Origin: Isurus oxyrinchus
Lineage: Eukaryota
Assembly (NCBI GenBank): GCA_026770705.1
Contig: JANJGN010000021.1
Span: 93,558,001 to 93,622,000, forward strand
Direction: 5' to 3'
DNA: 64,000 bases
The translations under genes were made by a program, and so were the position numbers. The notes under the pieces are model-generated. The model was not told the DNA's origin, did no database searches, and saw nothing but the letters and a program-made list of their open reading frames with translations. Shown piece by piece: positions 48,601 to 63,500 of the stretch (position 1 is its first letter; each line of letters starts with the position of its first letter).

Positions 48601-49895
48601 GTATTCCTCTCTAATACTCTCTCCTGGTTCCCACACTCCTGCCGAGTTAGTTTAAACCCCACCCCTCCACCCCCCCCAACAGTACTACCAAGGGTCTCAG
48701 TCCCAGCTCTGCTCAGGTGCAACGCGTCTGGCTTGTACAGGTACCATCTCCCCCAGAGCCAGTCCCAGTATCTCAGGAATCTAAAGCCCTCCCTCCTGCA
48801 CCATCTTTCCAGCCACACATTCATCTGCCTTATCCTCTTATTTCTATTCTCACTGGCACGTGGCACTGGGAGTAATCTGGAGATTACTACATTCGAGGTC
48901 CTGCTTGCTAATTTTTGACCTTGCTCCCTAAATTCTGATCACAGGATCACATTCCCTTTGCTAATTAAATCATTGGTACCAATGTGGACCACAGCCTCTG
49001 GCTAATCATCTCCCACAGAAGAATGTCCTGCAGCCGCTCTGTGACATCCTTGACCCTGGAACCAGGGAGGCAACAGACCATCCTGGGGTCATGTCCACGG
49101 CCACAGAAATGCCTGTCTGTTCCCCTAACTAATGAATCCCGTATCACTATTGCTCTTCCTTTCTTCTTCCTTCTCTCCCAAACAACCGAGCTGCTCGTGG
49201 TGCCACAAACTTGGCTCTGACCACACTCCTCTGAGGAACCAACTTCCAAAACAGAAAACCGATCTGTAAGCGTGACCCCATGGGACTCCTGCACCACCTG
49301 CCTGGTTCTCTTGTACTGCCTGGTGGTCGCCCATTCTCTTTCTGCCTGCGTGCTCCCAGCCTCTGGTGTGACCACTTCTCTGAATGTGCCATCTACCTAG
49401 CTCTTAACCTTGTGGATGTGCCACAGTGACTCCAGCCGCCGCTTGAACTCCGAAACCCAGAGCTCAAGTTTCTGCAGCTGACAGCACTTCCTGCACATGT
49501 GGTCATCTAGGACACTGGCAGCATCCATGACTTCCCACATATTAAAGGATACGCATTCCACACAACCGAGCTGCCCTGCCATGTCTTAACTTCAACTTCC
49601 TTGCTTTAATTTTAATGTGCTTTGGTTTACTTATATTACTTAATTTTTCTGGCCCTGACTTAAATTTACTCCCCTATTCCAAGTGTTTCTTACTTAAATC
49701 CAAGTAGCCACTCCTTTAAAGATAATATTCTTTCCAGTTTACAGCTATTTACAGAGACTCCCTAACAGTAGTTTCTCACCAACCAACAAACCTATGGTTT
49801 TCCTGCGATGTCACTCATCATTCCTTTCTTCAAACCTGGCGTTCTGGAGCTGGAGCTGAAGCAGCTGTCCAGGTGCGTTCTCCAACCAGGTTTGC
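45670..49895 (-). mobile_element. Full-length CR1 LINE (5'UTR, ORF1 zinc-finger/esterase, ORF2 APE-RT), degenerate
   Basis: ORF1 from 49582 (MAGQLGCVECVSFNMWEV...), SGNH-like region, APE (VVYRLP, IMDDFNY, DLVLGN), RT (NYRPVSLTS, SGVPQGSV, KFVNDT), 3'UTR; many frameshifts. Confidence 0.93.
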
Positions 49896-49899
49896 TCTC

Positions 49900-52070
49900 T
49901 GCTAGTCTCAGTAATAGTGACCACAAAACCATTGTCGACTGTTGTAAAAACCAATGCCCTGAGGAGAAGGAGACCTGCTGTCTTTATCTGTTCTGGGCTA
50001 CATGTGACTCCAGACCATAGCAGTGTGGTTCACTGTTAAAATGCCCCCCCTAAATGGCCTGGCAAGTCACTCAGTTGCATCAAACTGCTATGAAGTCTAA
50101 AAGGAATGAAACCAGATGGACCACCCGGCATCGGCCTAGGTACTGGAAACAACAACTGCGCACCCAGCCCTGTCGACCCTGCAAAGTCCTCCTTACTAAC
50201 ATCTGGGAGCTAGTGCCAAATTTGAGAGAGCTGCCTCACAGACTAGGCCTGACATAGTCATCCTCACAGAATCATACCTTACAGGTAATGTCCCAGTCAC
50301 CATCATCACCATCCCTGGGTATGTCCTGTCTCACCTACAGTGGTGTACAATCAGGAGTCAACATTGACTTTGGACCCCACGAAGTCTCATGGCATCAGGT
50401 CAAACATGGGCAGGGAAACCTCCTGCTGATTGTCAGTTACCAACAACCCCCCCACCCCCATCACTCCACGCCCCCCGCCTCCCTCAGTTGATGAATCCTC
50501 TATGTTGAACGCCACTTGGAAGAAGTACGGGGTGGGGGGTGGCAAGGACACAGAATGTACTCTGCATGGGGACTTCAATATTCATTAGAAAAAGTGGCTC
50601 AGTAGAATCACTACTGACCCAGATGGCAGAATCCTAAAGGGTGTAGCTGCTAGACTGGGTCTGGGTAGCTGGTTATGGAACCAACAAGAGGGATAAATCA
50701 GCATGACCTCATCCTCACTAACCTATCTGTCAAAGATGCTTCTGTCCATGACAGTAATGGAATAAGTGACCAACACACAGTGGAGGCAAAGTCCCATCTT
50801 CACATTGAGGATACCTCCATTGAGTCCTGTAGCACTACCACTGTGCTAAATGGGATAGATTTCGAATATACTTAGCAACTCAAGACTGGGCATCCATGAG
50901 GCACTGTGGGCCATCAGGAGCAGCAGAATTGTACTAGAACACAATCTGTAACCTCATGGCCCAGCATATCCCCCACTCTACCATTACCAACAAGCCAGGG
51001 GATCAACCCTGGTTCAATGAAGAGTGCAGGAGATTATGAATGGAGCATCACCAGGTATACTGGTGAAGTTACAACACAGGACCACTTGCATGCCAACTAT
51101 GCAAGCAGCATGCAATGGACAGACCTAAACAATCCCACAACCAACAGATCAGATCTAAGCTCTGCAGTCCTGCCAGATACGGTTGTGAATGCTGGTGGAC
51201 AATTAAACAACTCACTGGAGGAGAAGGCTACATAAATATTCCCATCCTCAATGATGGGGGACCCCAGCACATCAGTGCAAAAGATAAGGCTGAAGCATTT
51301 GCAACTATCTTCAGCCAGAAATGCCGAGTGGATGGTCCATCTTGGCCTCCTCCGGAGGTTCCCAGCATCACAAATGCCAGTCTTCAGTTAATTTGATTCG
51401 CTCCATGTGATATCAAGAAACGGCTGAAGGCACTGGAAGGCAAAGGCTTTGGGACCTGACAATATTCCGACAATAGTACTGAAGACTTGTGTGTCAGAAC
51501 TTGCCACACCCCTAGCCAAGCTATTCTAGTACAGCTATAACACCGGCATTACCCAGCTATGTGGAAAATTGCTCAGTTATGCCCTGTACACAAAAAGCAG
51601 AGCAAATCCAACCTGCCCAATTACTGCCCCATCAGTCTACTCTCGATCATCAGTAAAGTAATGGAAGGGGTCATCATCAGTGCTATCAAGCGGTGCTTAC
51701 TTAGCAATAACCTGCTCACTGATGCCCAGTTTGGGTTCTGCCAGGGCTACTCAGCTCCTGACCTCATTACAGCCTTGGTTCAACTATGGGCAAAAGAGCT
51801 GAACTCCCGAGGTGAGGTGAAAGTGACTGCCCTCGACATCAAGGCCGTACTTGACTAAGTGTGGCATCAGAGAGCCCCAGCAAAACTGGAGTCAATGGGA
51901 ATCAGGAGGAAAGCTCTCCATTGGTTGGAGTTATACCTAGCATAAAGATGGTTGTGCTAGTGGTTGTGTAGCTCACCTCACGACTCCATAAAATCTGGAC
52001 ACCATCAACAAGGCACAAGTCAGGAGTGTGATGAGATACCCTCCACTTGCCTGGATGAGTGCAGTTCCAA
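49900..52070 (+). mobile_element. LINE family B, 5' region + APE + RT N-half, internally deleted
   Basis: LLTNIWEL.., GDFNIH, MWKIAQLCPVHKKQSKSNLPNYCPISLLSIISKVME, VTALDIKA; 5' end matches SINE central domain. Confidence 0.88.
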
Positions 52071-52950
52071 TGTTGTGGGGTATCTAAAGACACTAGGCAC
52101 AAATCAGCTGTAAAGTGAAGCAGGCAGCAGTTTATTGATCAGTGCAAGTATGCATACAGGGGAGATCGTCTCAGATTATTCCAAAAGGGATCTCAGCGTT
52201 ACAAGGTTTCTCTTATACATTGATAGGATTCTTGTGGCATTACAATTTCAATCATAATTACCTCATGGATCATATGCCCTTGCTTATACTTTCAGAGCCT
52301 TACATACATGGCTATCTAAAAATAACCCACACTTGACCTTTGTTCCTCTATTATTCTCCTCCCCCTCATCTCATGAACATCCTGTCTCCTACATACATTG
52401 ACTTTCCATTTCCCTCTTTTGGCTCTCGTCTTATCAGTAATCAGGTATTTAACAAAAATAGCAATGTCCTAATCCATCTAATGTTATGTTTGCTTTCAGC
52501 AAAACTATCTCCCCTTACATCACCAAAGGACAGCTGCAACTGGATAGACATACCCTAATTATTCTGTTAGTCCTATATTGTTTCTGAAAGCTCAGCAAGG
52601 CTAACCAAAAAAAATGTAATCTCATGTGTATATGTAATCATTTGCATAGACCCCCCCCACAACCCCCTTGTTTTTTTTTTGGAGAAACCTGCCTTTTTAT
52701 CAAACTGCATCATCCATGACTCAATAAAATGTGTCTTTAATTTGACTGAACTTTTAACTTTCTGCTCCATGGGAGGTTTCTGTCCTCTCTGAGCTCGCCT
52801 CAGGTCACCTGCACTGCATTAATTTTTCCAAGTCGTTATTTTTAACTGGCAAGTGTTTGGAAAAGTTTATATTGGACTTCTGCCAGACATTTCAAGGCTT
52901 CAGAGTAAAGCAAAAAACTTTTGCATAAGTTCATTGAAAGATGGTGTAAT
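52071..52950 (-). mobile_element. 3' LTR (52661-52071) with polypurine tract and short internal remnant
   Basis: Minus strand AAAAACAAGGGGGT then TGTGGGG...AATAAA...CCCCACA(ACA). Confidence 0.65.
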
Positions 52951-52954
52951 TCAC

Positions 52955-54520
52955 AGACTCTCAGAATTTTAACGGTACAGAAGGAGGCCATTCAGCCCAT
53001 CGTCTCTGCACCGGCTCTCCAAATAAGCATTATGACCTAGTGCCATTGCCCTGCCTTTTCCCCATACCCCTGCGCATTGTTTCTATTTAAATAATCATCT
53101 AATGCCCCCTTGAATGCCTCGATTGAACCTGCCTCCACCACACTTCCAGACAATATATTTCAGACCCAAACCACTTGCTGTGTGAAAAAGTTTTTTCTCA
53201 TGTCACATTTGCTTCTTTTGCAGATCACTTTAAATCTGTGCCCTCTCGTTCTTGATCCTTATATGAGCGGAAACAGCTTCTCCCTATCTATTCTGTCCAG
53301 CTCCCTTATGATTTTTAACATCTTTATCAAAGGTCCACTTAGCCTTCTCGCCAAGGAGAACAGTCCCAATCTTGCCAACATATCCTCATAGTTGAAGTTT
53401 TTCATCCCTGGAGCCATTCTTCTAAACCTCTTCTGCACTCTCTCTACTGTGCTCACCTCCTTCCTATAATGTGGCATCCAGAACTGTATACAATATTCCA
53501 GCTGAGGTCTAACAATTATCTTATATAAATTCAGCATAACCTCCTTGCTCTTGTACTCTCAGCCCCTGTGAATAAAGCCCAGGATACTGTATGCTTTATT
53601 AACTGCTCTCTCCACCTGTCTTGCCACCTTCAATGATCTATGCACATACACACCTAGGTCTTTCTGCCCCTGCACCCCCTTCTAAATTTCACACCTTATT
53701 TTATATTGTCTGTCCATATTCTTCCAACCAGAATGCATCACCTCACACGTCTCCACATTGAACTTCATCTGCCACCTATCTGCCCACTCCACCAACTTGT
53801 CTATGTCCTCTTGAAGTTCTACACTGTCCTCCTCACAGTTTACAGCACTCCCAAGCTCCATATCATCTGCAAACTTTGAAATTGTCCCCTGCACACCAAG
53901 ATCTAGATCATTAATATATATCAGGAAATGCAAGGGTCGCAATACCGACCCCCGGGGAATTCCACGACTAACCTTCCTCCAGCCTAAAAAATATCCATTG
54001 ACCTCTCTGCTTCCAATTTCTCAGCCAATTTTGTATCAACTTTGCTCCTGTCCCTTTTATTCCATGAGCAATAACTTTTCTCACAAGTCTGTTGTGTGGC
54101 GCTGTATCCAATATCTTTTGAAAGTCCATGTACAGCACATCAACAGCATTTTCCTTATCGATCTTTTCTGTTCAAAAAACACCAGCAAGTTAGTTAAACA
54201 CAATTTCCCCTTTAGAAATCCCTGCTGGCTTTTCATTATCAACACATCTTTTTCCATGTGACTACTAATTCTATCCTGAATAACTTTCCAGAACTTTGCC
54301 CACCAATGAAGTTAAACTGACTGGTGTGTAATTGATGGGCTTATCCTTACAAACTTTTTTGAACAAGGGCGTAATGTCTGCAATTCTCCAGTCCTCTGGC
54401 ACCATCCCTGAGTCTAGTGATGGCTAAAAGATTATGGTGAGTGCTGCTGCCATTTCCGCCCTCACTTCATTCAACATCCTAGGGTGCATTTCGTCCACTT
54501 CTGGCACCTTGTAAAATTCA
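52955..54520 (-). mobile_element. CR1 LINE 3' portion (RT + 3'UTR), related to 45670-49895
   Basis: FLIYINDLDLGVQGTISKFADD; IVRPQLEYCIQFW. Confidence 0.92.
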
Positions 54521-54557
54521 GTTCCTGTATTTAAGTTGACTAAAAAATCAAATTCAT

Positions 54558-57500
54558 ACACACACCCCCAGTGACAAACCTCACACACCCCCAGTTACAA
54601 AACCCACACACACAACGACAAAACACACACATCCCTAGTAACAAACCCACACACCCTCAGTGACAAACCACACTCAGCCCCCAGTTATAAAACCCACACC
54701 CCCAGTGACAAAACCCACACACACCCTGTTACAAAACCCACACACACCCAGTGACAAACCTCACACACCCCCAGTGACAAAACCAACTCACCCAGTGACA
54801 AACACCACACACCCCCAGTGACAAACCTCACACACCCCCAGATACAAACCCCACACACCCAGTGACAAAACCTACACACACCGAGTGACAAAACCTTCAC
54901 ACACCCAGTGACAAAACCAACACACCCCCAGTGACAAAACCAACACACCCCCAGTGACAAAACCTACACACACCCAGTGACAAAACCTACACACAACCAG
55001 TGACAAAACCACACACCCCCAGTGACAAAACCACACACCCCCAGTGACAAAACCTACACACCCTCAGTGACAAAACCCACACACTCCACTGTGACAAAAA
55101 CCACACACCCACACTGAACAACCCCTCACACCATGAGAGACAAATCCCACACACACCCAGTGACAAAACCAACACACCCCCCAGTGACAAAACAAACACA
55201 GCCCCAGTGACAAAGCCTGCACACACCCAGTGACAAACTACACACACCCCCAGTGACAAAACCCAAACACTCCCCGTGACAAAACCCACACACCCACACT
55301 GAACAACCCCTCACACCACGAGAGACAAATCCCACACACACCCAGTGACAAAACCCACACACACCCAGTGACAAAACCTACACACACCCAGTGACAAACC
55401 CAACACACACCCAGTGACAAAAGCAACACACACCCAGTGACAAAAGCAATTCACTCCCAGTGACAAAACCCACACACCCACAGTGACAAAAGCAACACAC
55501 CCCCAGTGACAAAACCCATACACCCCCAGTGACAAAAGCAACACACCCCCAGTGACAAAACCCATACACCCCAGTGACAAAAGCAACACACCCCCAGTGA
55601 CAAAACCTGCACACACCCAGTGACAAAACCCACACACCCCCAGTGACAAACCCAAACACCCCAAGTGACAAACCCCACACACCCCCAGTGACAAACCCCA
55701 CACACCCAGTGACAAAACCTACACACTGCCAGTGACAAACTCCACACCCCCAGTGACAAAAAACACACACCCCCAGTGACAAAAACCACACTCCCCCAGT
55801 GACAAACCCCACACACCCCCAGTGACAAACTCCACACCCCCAGTGACATATCCCACACACCCCCAGTGACAAGCCCCACACACCCCCAGTGACAAACTCC
55901 ACACCCCCAGTGACAAGACCCACACACCCCCAGTGACAAACCCCTCACACATCCAGTGACAAAACGAATACACCCAGTGACAAACCCCACACACCCCCAG
56001 TAACAAACCCCACACACCCCTAGTGACAAACCCCACACACCCTGTGACAAACCCCACTCACACCCCAGTAACAAAACTCACACCCCCAGTGACAAAACCC
56101 ACACACCCCCAGTGACAAAACCCACACACACCCAGTGACATACCCCATACACCCCCAGTTACAAAACCAACTCACCCAGTGACAAACCCCACACACCCCC
56201 AGTTACAAAACCCACACACACCCAGTGACAAACCCCACACACCCCCAGATAAAAAACAAACTCACCCAGTGACAAACACCACACAGCCCCAGAGACAAAC
56301 ACCACACACTCCCAGTTACAAAAGCAACACACCCAGTGACAAAACCTACACACACCCAGTGACAAACCCAAACACCCCAAGTGAAAAACCCCACACACAC
56401 CTAGTGACAAACCCCACACACCCAGTGACAAAACCCACACACCCCCAGTGACAAAACCCACACACCCCCAGTGACAAAACCCACACACACCCAGTGACAA
56501 AACCCACACACCCCCAGTGACAAAACCCACACACACCCAGTGACAAAACCCACACACCCCCAGTGACAAAACCCACACACACCCAGTGACAAAACCCACA
56601 CACCCCCAGTGACAAAACCCACACACACCCAGTGACAAAACCCACACACCCCCAGTGACAAACACCACACACCCCCAGTGACAAAACCCACACACCCCCA
56701 GTGACAAACACCACACACCCCCAGTGACAAAACCCACACACCCCCAGTGACAAACACCACACTCCCCCAGTGACGAACCTCACACACCCCCAGTGACAAA
56801 TCCCACACACCCCCAGTGACAAGCCACACACACCGCCCGTGACAAACCCCTCACACACCCAGTGACAAAACGAATACACCCAGTGACAAACCCCACACAC
56901 CCCCAGTGACAAAACCCACACACACTCTGTTACAAAACCCACACACCCAGTGACAAACCTCACACACCCCCAGTGACAAAACCCACACACACTCTGTTAC
57001 AAAACCCACACACCCAGTGACAAACCTCACACACCCCCAGTGACAAAACCAACTCACCCAGTGACAAACACCACACACCCCCAGTGACAAAACCCACACA
57101 CCCTCAGATACAAACCCCACACACCCAGTGACAAAACCTACACACACCCAGTGACAAAACCAACACACCCCCAGTGACAAAACCAACACACCCCCAGTGA
57201 CAAAACCTACACACACCCAGAGACAAAACCTACAAACACCCAGTGACAAAAACCACACACCCCCAGTGACAAAACCAACACACCCCCAGTGACAAAACCA
57301 CACACCCCCAGTGACAAAACCTACACACCCAGTGACAAAACCTACACACCCTCAGTGACAAAACCCACACACTCCACTGTGACAAAAACCACACACCCAC
57401 ACTGAACAACCCCTCACACCATGAGAGACAAATCACACACACACCCAGTGACAAAACCCACACAACCCCAGTGACAAAACAACACACCCCCAGTGACAAA

Positions 57501-60500
57501 ACCTACACACACCCAGTGGCAAACCCCACACACCCCCAGTGACAAAACCAACACACACCCAGTGACAAAACCTGCAAACACCCCCAGTGACAAAACCTGC
57601 ACACACCCCCCAGAGACAAAACCTACACACACCCAGTGACAAAACCAACACACCCCCCAGTGACAAAACAAACACAGCCCCAGTGACAAAGCCTGCACAC
57701 ACCCAGTGACAAACTACACACACCCCCAGTGACAAAACCCAAACACTCCCCGTGACAAAACCCACACACCCACACTGAACAACCCCTCACACCACGAGAG
57801 ACAAATCCCACACACACCCAGTGACAAAACCCACACACACCCAGTGACAAACCCAACACACACCCAGTGACAAAAGCAACACACACCCAGTGACAAAAGC
57901 AATTCACTCCCAGTGACAAAACCCACACACCCACAGTGACAAAAGCAACACACCCCCAGTGACAAAACCCATACACCCCCAGTGACAAAAGCAACACACC
58001 CCCAGTGACAAAACCCATACACCCCAGTGACAAAAGCAACACACCCCCAGTGACAAAACCTGCACACACCCAGTGATAAAACCTACACACACCCAGTGAC
58101 AAACCCCACACACCCCCAGTGACAAACCCCACACACCCAGTGACAAAACCTACACACTCCCAGTGACAAACTCCACACCCCCAGTGACAAAAAACACACA
58201 CCCCCAGTGACAAAAACCACACTCCCCCAGTGACAAACCCCACACACCCCCAGTGACAAAACCCACACACCCAGTGACATATCCCACACACCCCCAGTGA
58301 CAAGCCCCACACACCCCCAGTGACAAACCCCTCACACATCCAGTGACAAAACGAATACACCCAGTGACAAACCCCACACACCCCCAGTAACAAACCCCAC
58401 ACACCCCTAGTGACAAACCCCACACACCCTGTGACAAACCCCACTCACACCCCAGTAACAAAACTCACACCCCCAGTGACAAAACCCACACACCCCCAGT
58501 TACAAAACCAACTCACCCAGTGACAAACACCACACACATCCAGTGACAAACCCCACACACTCCCAGTTACAAAACCCACACACCCACACTGACAAACACC
58601 ACACACCTCCAGTGACAAAACCCACACACCCCCAGTTACAAAACCCACACACACCCAGTGACAAACCCCACACACCCCCAGATAAAATACGAACTCACCC
58701 AGTGACAAACACCACACAGCCCCAGAGACAAACACCACACACTCCCAGTTACAAAAGCAACACACCCAGTGACAAAACCTAGACACACCCAGTGACAAAA
58801 CCATCACACCCCAAGTGAAAAACCCCACACACACCTAGTGACAAAACCTACACACACCTAGTGACAAAACCTACACACACCCAGTGACAAAACCCACACA
58901 CACCCAGTGACAAAACCAACACACACCCAGTGACAAAACCAACACACCCCCAGTGACAAACCCCACACACCCCCAGTGACAAAACCCACACACACCCAGT
59001 GACAAAACCCACACACCCCCAGTGACAAACACCACACACCCTCAGTGACAAACACCACACTCCCCCAGTGACGAACCTCACACACCCCCAGTGACAAACT
59101 CCACACCCCCAGTGACAAATCCCACACACCCCCAGTGACAAGCCACACACACCGCCCGTGACAAACCCCTCACACACCCAGTGACAAAACGAATACACCC
59201 AGTGACAAACCCCACACACCCCCAGTGACAAACCTCACACACCCATAGTTACAAAACCCACACACCCAGTGACAAAACTCACACATCGCTAGTAACAAAC
59301 CCCACACACCCTCAGTGACAAACCACACTCAGACCCCAGTTACAAAACCCACACCCCCAGTGTCAAAACCCACACACACTCTGTTACAAAACCCACACAC
59401 CCAGTGACAAACCTCACACACCCCCAGTTACAAAACCAACTCACCCAGTGACAAAACCAACTCACCCAGTGACAAACACCACACACCCCCAGTGACAAAA
59501 CCCACACACCCTCAGATACAAACCCCACACACCCAGTGACAAAACCTACACACACCCAGTGACAAAACCTACACACACCCAGTGACAATAGCAACACTCC
59601 CCCAGTGACAAACCCAACACACACCCAGTGACAAACCCAACACACCCCCAGTGACAAACCATCACAACCCCAGTGACAAAACCTACACACACCCAGTGAC
59701 AAAACCTACACACACCCAGTGACAAAACCAACACACCCCCAGTGACAAAACCTACACACACCCAGAGACAAAACCTACAAACACCCAGTGACAAAACCAA
59801 CACACCCCCAGTGACAAAACCAACACACCCTCAGTGACAAAACCCACACACCCCCAGTGACAAACCCCACACACACCCAGTGACAAAACCCACACACCCC
59901 CAGTGACAAACCCCACACACCCCCAGTGACAAAACCAACACACCCCCAGTGACAAATCCCACACACCCCCAGTGACAAAACCCACACACCCCCAGTGACA
60001 AAACCAACACACCCCCAGTGACAAACTACACACACCCCCAGTGACAAAACCTACACACACCCAGTGACAAAACCACACACCCCCAGTGACAAAACCACAC
60101 ACCCCCAGTGACAAAACCAACACACCCCCAGTGACAAAACCAACACACCCCCAGTGACAAAACCAACACACCCCCAGTGACAAAACCACACACCCCCAGT
60201 GACAGAACCAACACACCCCCAGTGACAAAACCAACACACCCCCAGTGACAAAACCACACACCCCCAGTGACAAAACCAACACACCCCCAGTGACAAAACC
60301 ACACACCCCCAGTGACAAAACCCACACACCCAAACTGACCAACCCCTCACACCACGAGAGACAAAACCCACACACACCCAGTGACAAAAGCAACACACCC
60401 CCAGTGACAAAACCTACACACCCCCATTGACAAACCCCACATACCCAGTCACAAAACCTACACACACCCAGTGACAAAACCCACACACACCCAGTGACAA

Positions 60501-63500
60501 TAGCAACACTCCCCCAGTGACAAAACCAACACACACCCAGTGACAAAAGCAACACACCCCCAGTGACAAAACCAACATACTCCCAGTGACAAAACCTACA
60601 TACACCCAGTGACAAACTACACACACCCCCAGTGACAAACACCAACATACCCCAGTGACTAAAGCAACACACCCCCAGTGACAAAACCTACTTACACCCA
60701 GTGACAAACTACACACACCCCCAGTGACAAAACCAACACACACCCAGTGACAAACCCCACACCCCCAGTGACAAAACCCACACACCCCCAGTGACAAAAC
60801 CTACACACCCACACTGACCAACCCCTCACACCACGAGAGACAAATCACACACACACCCAGTGACAAAAGCAACACACCCCCAGTGACAAACCCCACACAC
60901 ACCCAGTGACAAACCCAACACACCCAGTGACAAACCCCACACACCCCCAGTGACAAACCCCACACACCCCCAGTGACAAACACCACACACCCCCAGTTAC
61001 AAACCCAACTCACCCAGTGACAAACACCACACACCCACAGATACAAACCCCGCACAACCAGTGACAAAACCTTCACACCTCCAGTGACAAAACCTTCACA
61101 CACCCAGTGACAAAACCAACACACACCCAGTGACAAAACCCACACACACCCGGTGACAAACTACACACACCCTCAGTGACAAACCCCACACACTCCCCTG
61201 CGACAAAACCCAAACACCCACACTGACCAAACCCTCACACCACGAGAGACAAATCACACACACACCCAGTGACAAAAGCAACACACCCCCAGTGACAAAC
61301 CCCACACACCCACACTGACCAACCCAAACAACCCCAGTGACAAACCCCACATACCCAGTGACAAAACCTACACACACCCAGTGACAAAACCCACACACAC
61401 CCAGTGACAAAACCAACACACACCCAGTGACAAAACCCACACACACCCTCAGTGACAAACCCCACACACTCCCCTGCGACAAAACCCAAACACCCACACT
61501 GACCAACCCCTCACACCACGAGAGACAAACCCCACACACCCCCAGTGACAAAACCAACACACACCCAGTGACAAACCCAAATACCCCAAGTGACAAACCC
61601 CACACACCCCCAGTGACAAACCCCACACACCCCCAGTTACAAACCCAACTCACCCAGTGACAAACACCACACACCCACAGATACAAACCCCGCACAACCA
61701 GTGACAAAACCTTCACACCTCCAGTGACAAAACCTTCACACACCCAGTGACAAAACCAACACACACCCAGTGACAAAACCCACACACACCCGGTGACAAA
61801 CTACACACACCCTCAGTGACAAACCCCACACACTCCCCTGCGACAAAACCCAAACACCCACACTGACCAAACCCTCACACCACGAGAGACAAATCACACA
61901 CACACCCAGTGACAAAAGCAACACACCCCCAGTGACAAACCCCACACACCCACACTGACCAACCCAAACAACCCCAGTGACAAACCCCACATACCCAGTG
62001 ACAAAACCTACACACACCCAGTGACAAAACCCACACACACCCAGTGACAAAACCAACACACACCCAGTGACAAAACCCACACACACCCTCAGTGACAAAC
62101 CCCACACACTCCCCTGCGACAAAACCCAAACACCCACACTGACCAACCCCTCACACCACGAGAGACAAACCCCACACACCCCCAGTGACAAAACCAACAC
62201 ACACCCAGTGACAAACCCAAATACCCCAAGTGACAAAGCCAACACACACCTCGTGACAAAACCCACACACCCCAAGTGACAAACCCCACACACCCCCAGT
62301 GACAAAACCAACACACCCTCAGTGACAAACCCCACACACACCCAGTGACAAACACCACACCCCCAGTGACAAACCCCACACACCCCCAGTGACAAACCCC
62401 ACACACACCCAGTGACAAAACGAACACCCCCAGTGACAAAACCACACACACCCAGTGACAAACCCCACACACCCCCAGTGACAAAACCCATACACACCCA
62501 GTGAGAAACCACAAATAACCCCTGTGATAAAAACCACACATCTGCAGTGACAAGCCCCACACCTCCAGTGACAAAACCCACACATCCCCAGTGACAAACC
62601 CGACACACGGCCAGTGACAAACACCACAACCCCAATGACGAACCCCACACACACCCAGTGACAAAATCCACACCCCCAGTGAAAAATCCCACACAACCCC
62701 AGTGACAAGCCCCACACACCCACAGTGACAAACCCCACAGACCCAGTGACAAAACCTACACACACCCAGTGACAAAACCCACACACACACAGTGACAAAA
62801 CCAACACACCCCCAGTGACAAACCCCACACACACCCAGTGACAAATCCAACACAGCCCCAGTGACAAACACCACACACCGACAGTGACAAAACCACACAG
62901 CCCCAGTGACAAAATGAACACACCCCCAGTGACAAACCCACACACCCAGTGACAAAACCCACACACCACCAGTGACAAATCCAACACACCCCCAGTGACA
63001 AATCCAACACACCCCCAGTGACAAACACCACACACCCCCAGTGACAAACACCACACACCCCCAGTGACAAAACCACACACCCCCAGTGACAAGCCCCACA
63101 CACCCCCAGTGACAAACCCCACACACCCCAAGTGACATACTCCACACCCCCAGTGACAAACCCCACACACACCCAGTGACAAAATCCACACCCCCAGTGA
63201 CAAATCCCACACAACCCCAGTGACAAGCCCCACACACCCAGTCACAAAACCCACACCCCCAGTGACAAAACCTACACACACCCAGTGACAAATCCCACGC
63301 ACCCCCAATGACAAACCCCACACACACCCAGTGACAAACCCCACGCAGCCCCAGTGAGAAACCCCACGCAACCCCAGTGACAAACCCCACACACATCCAG
63401 TGACAAACCCCACAGACACCCAGTGAGAAAACCCACACACCCCCAGTGACAAAACCAACACACCCCCAGTGACAAAACCCTCACATCCCCAGTGACAAAA

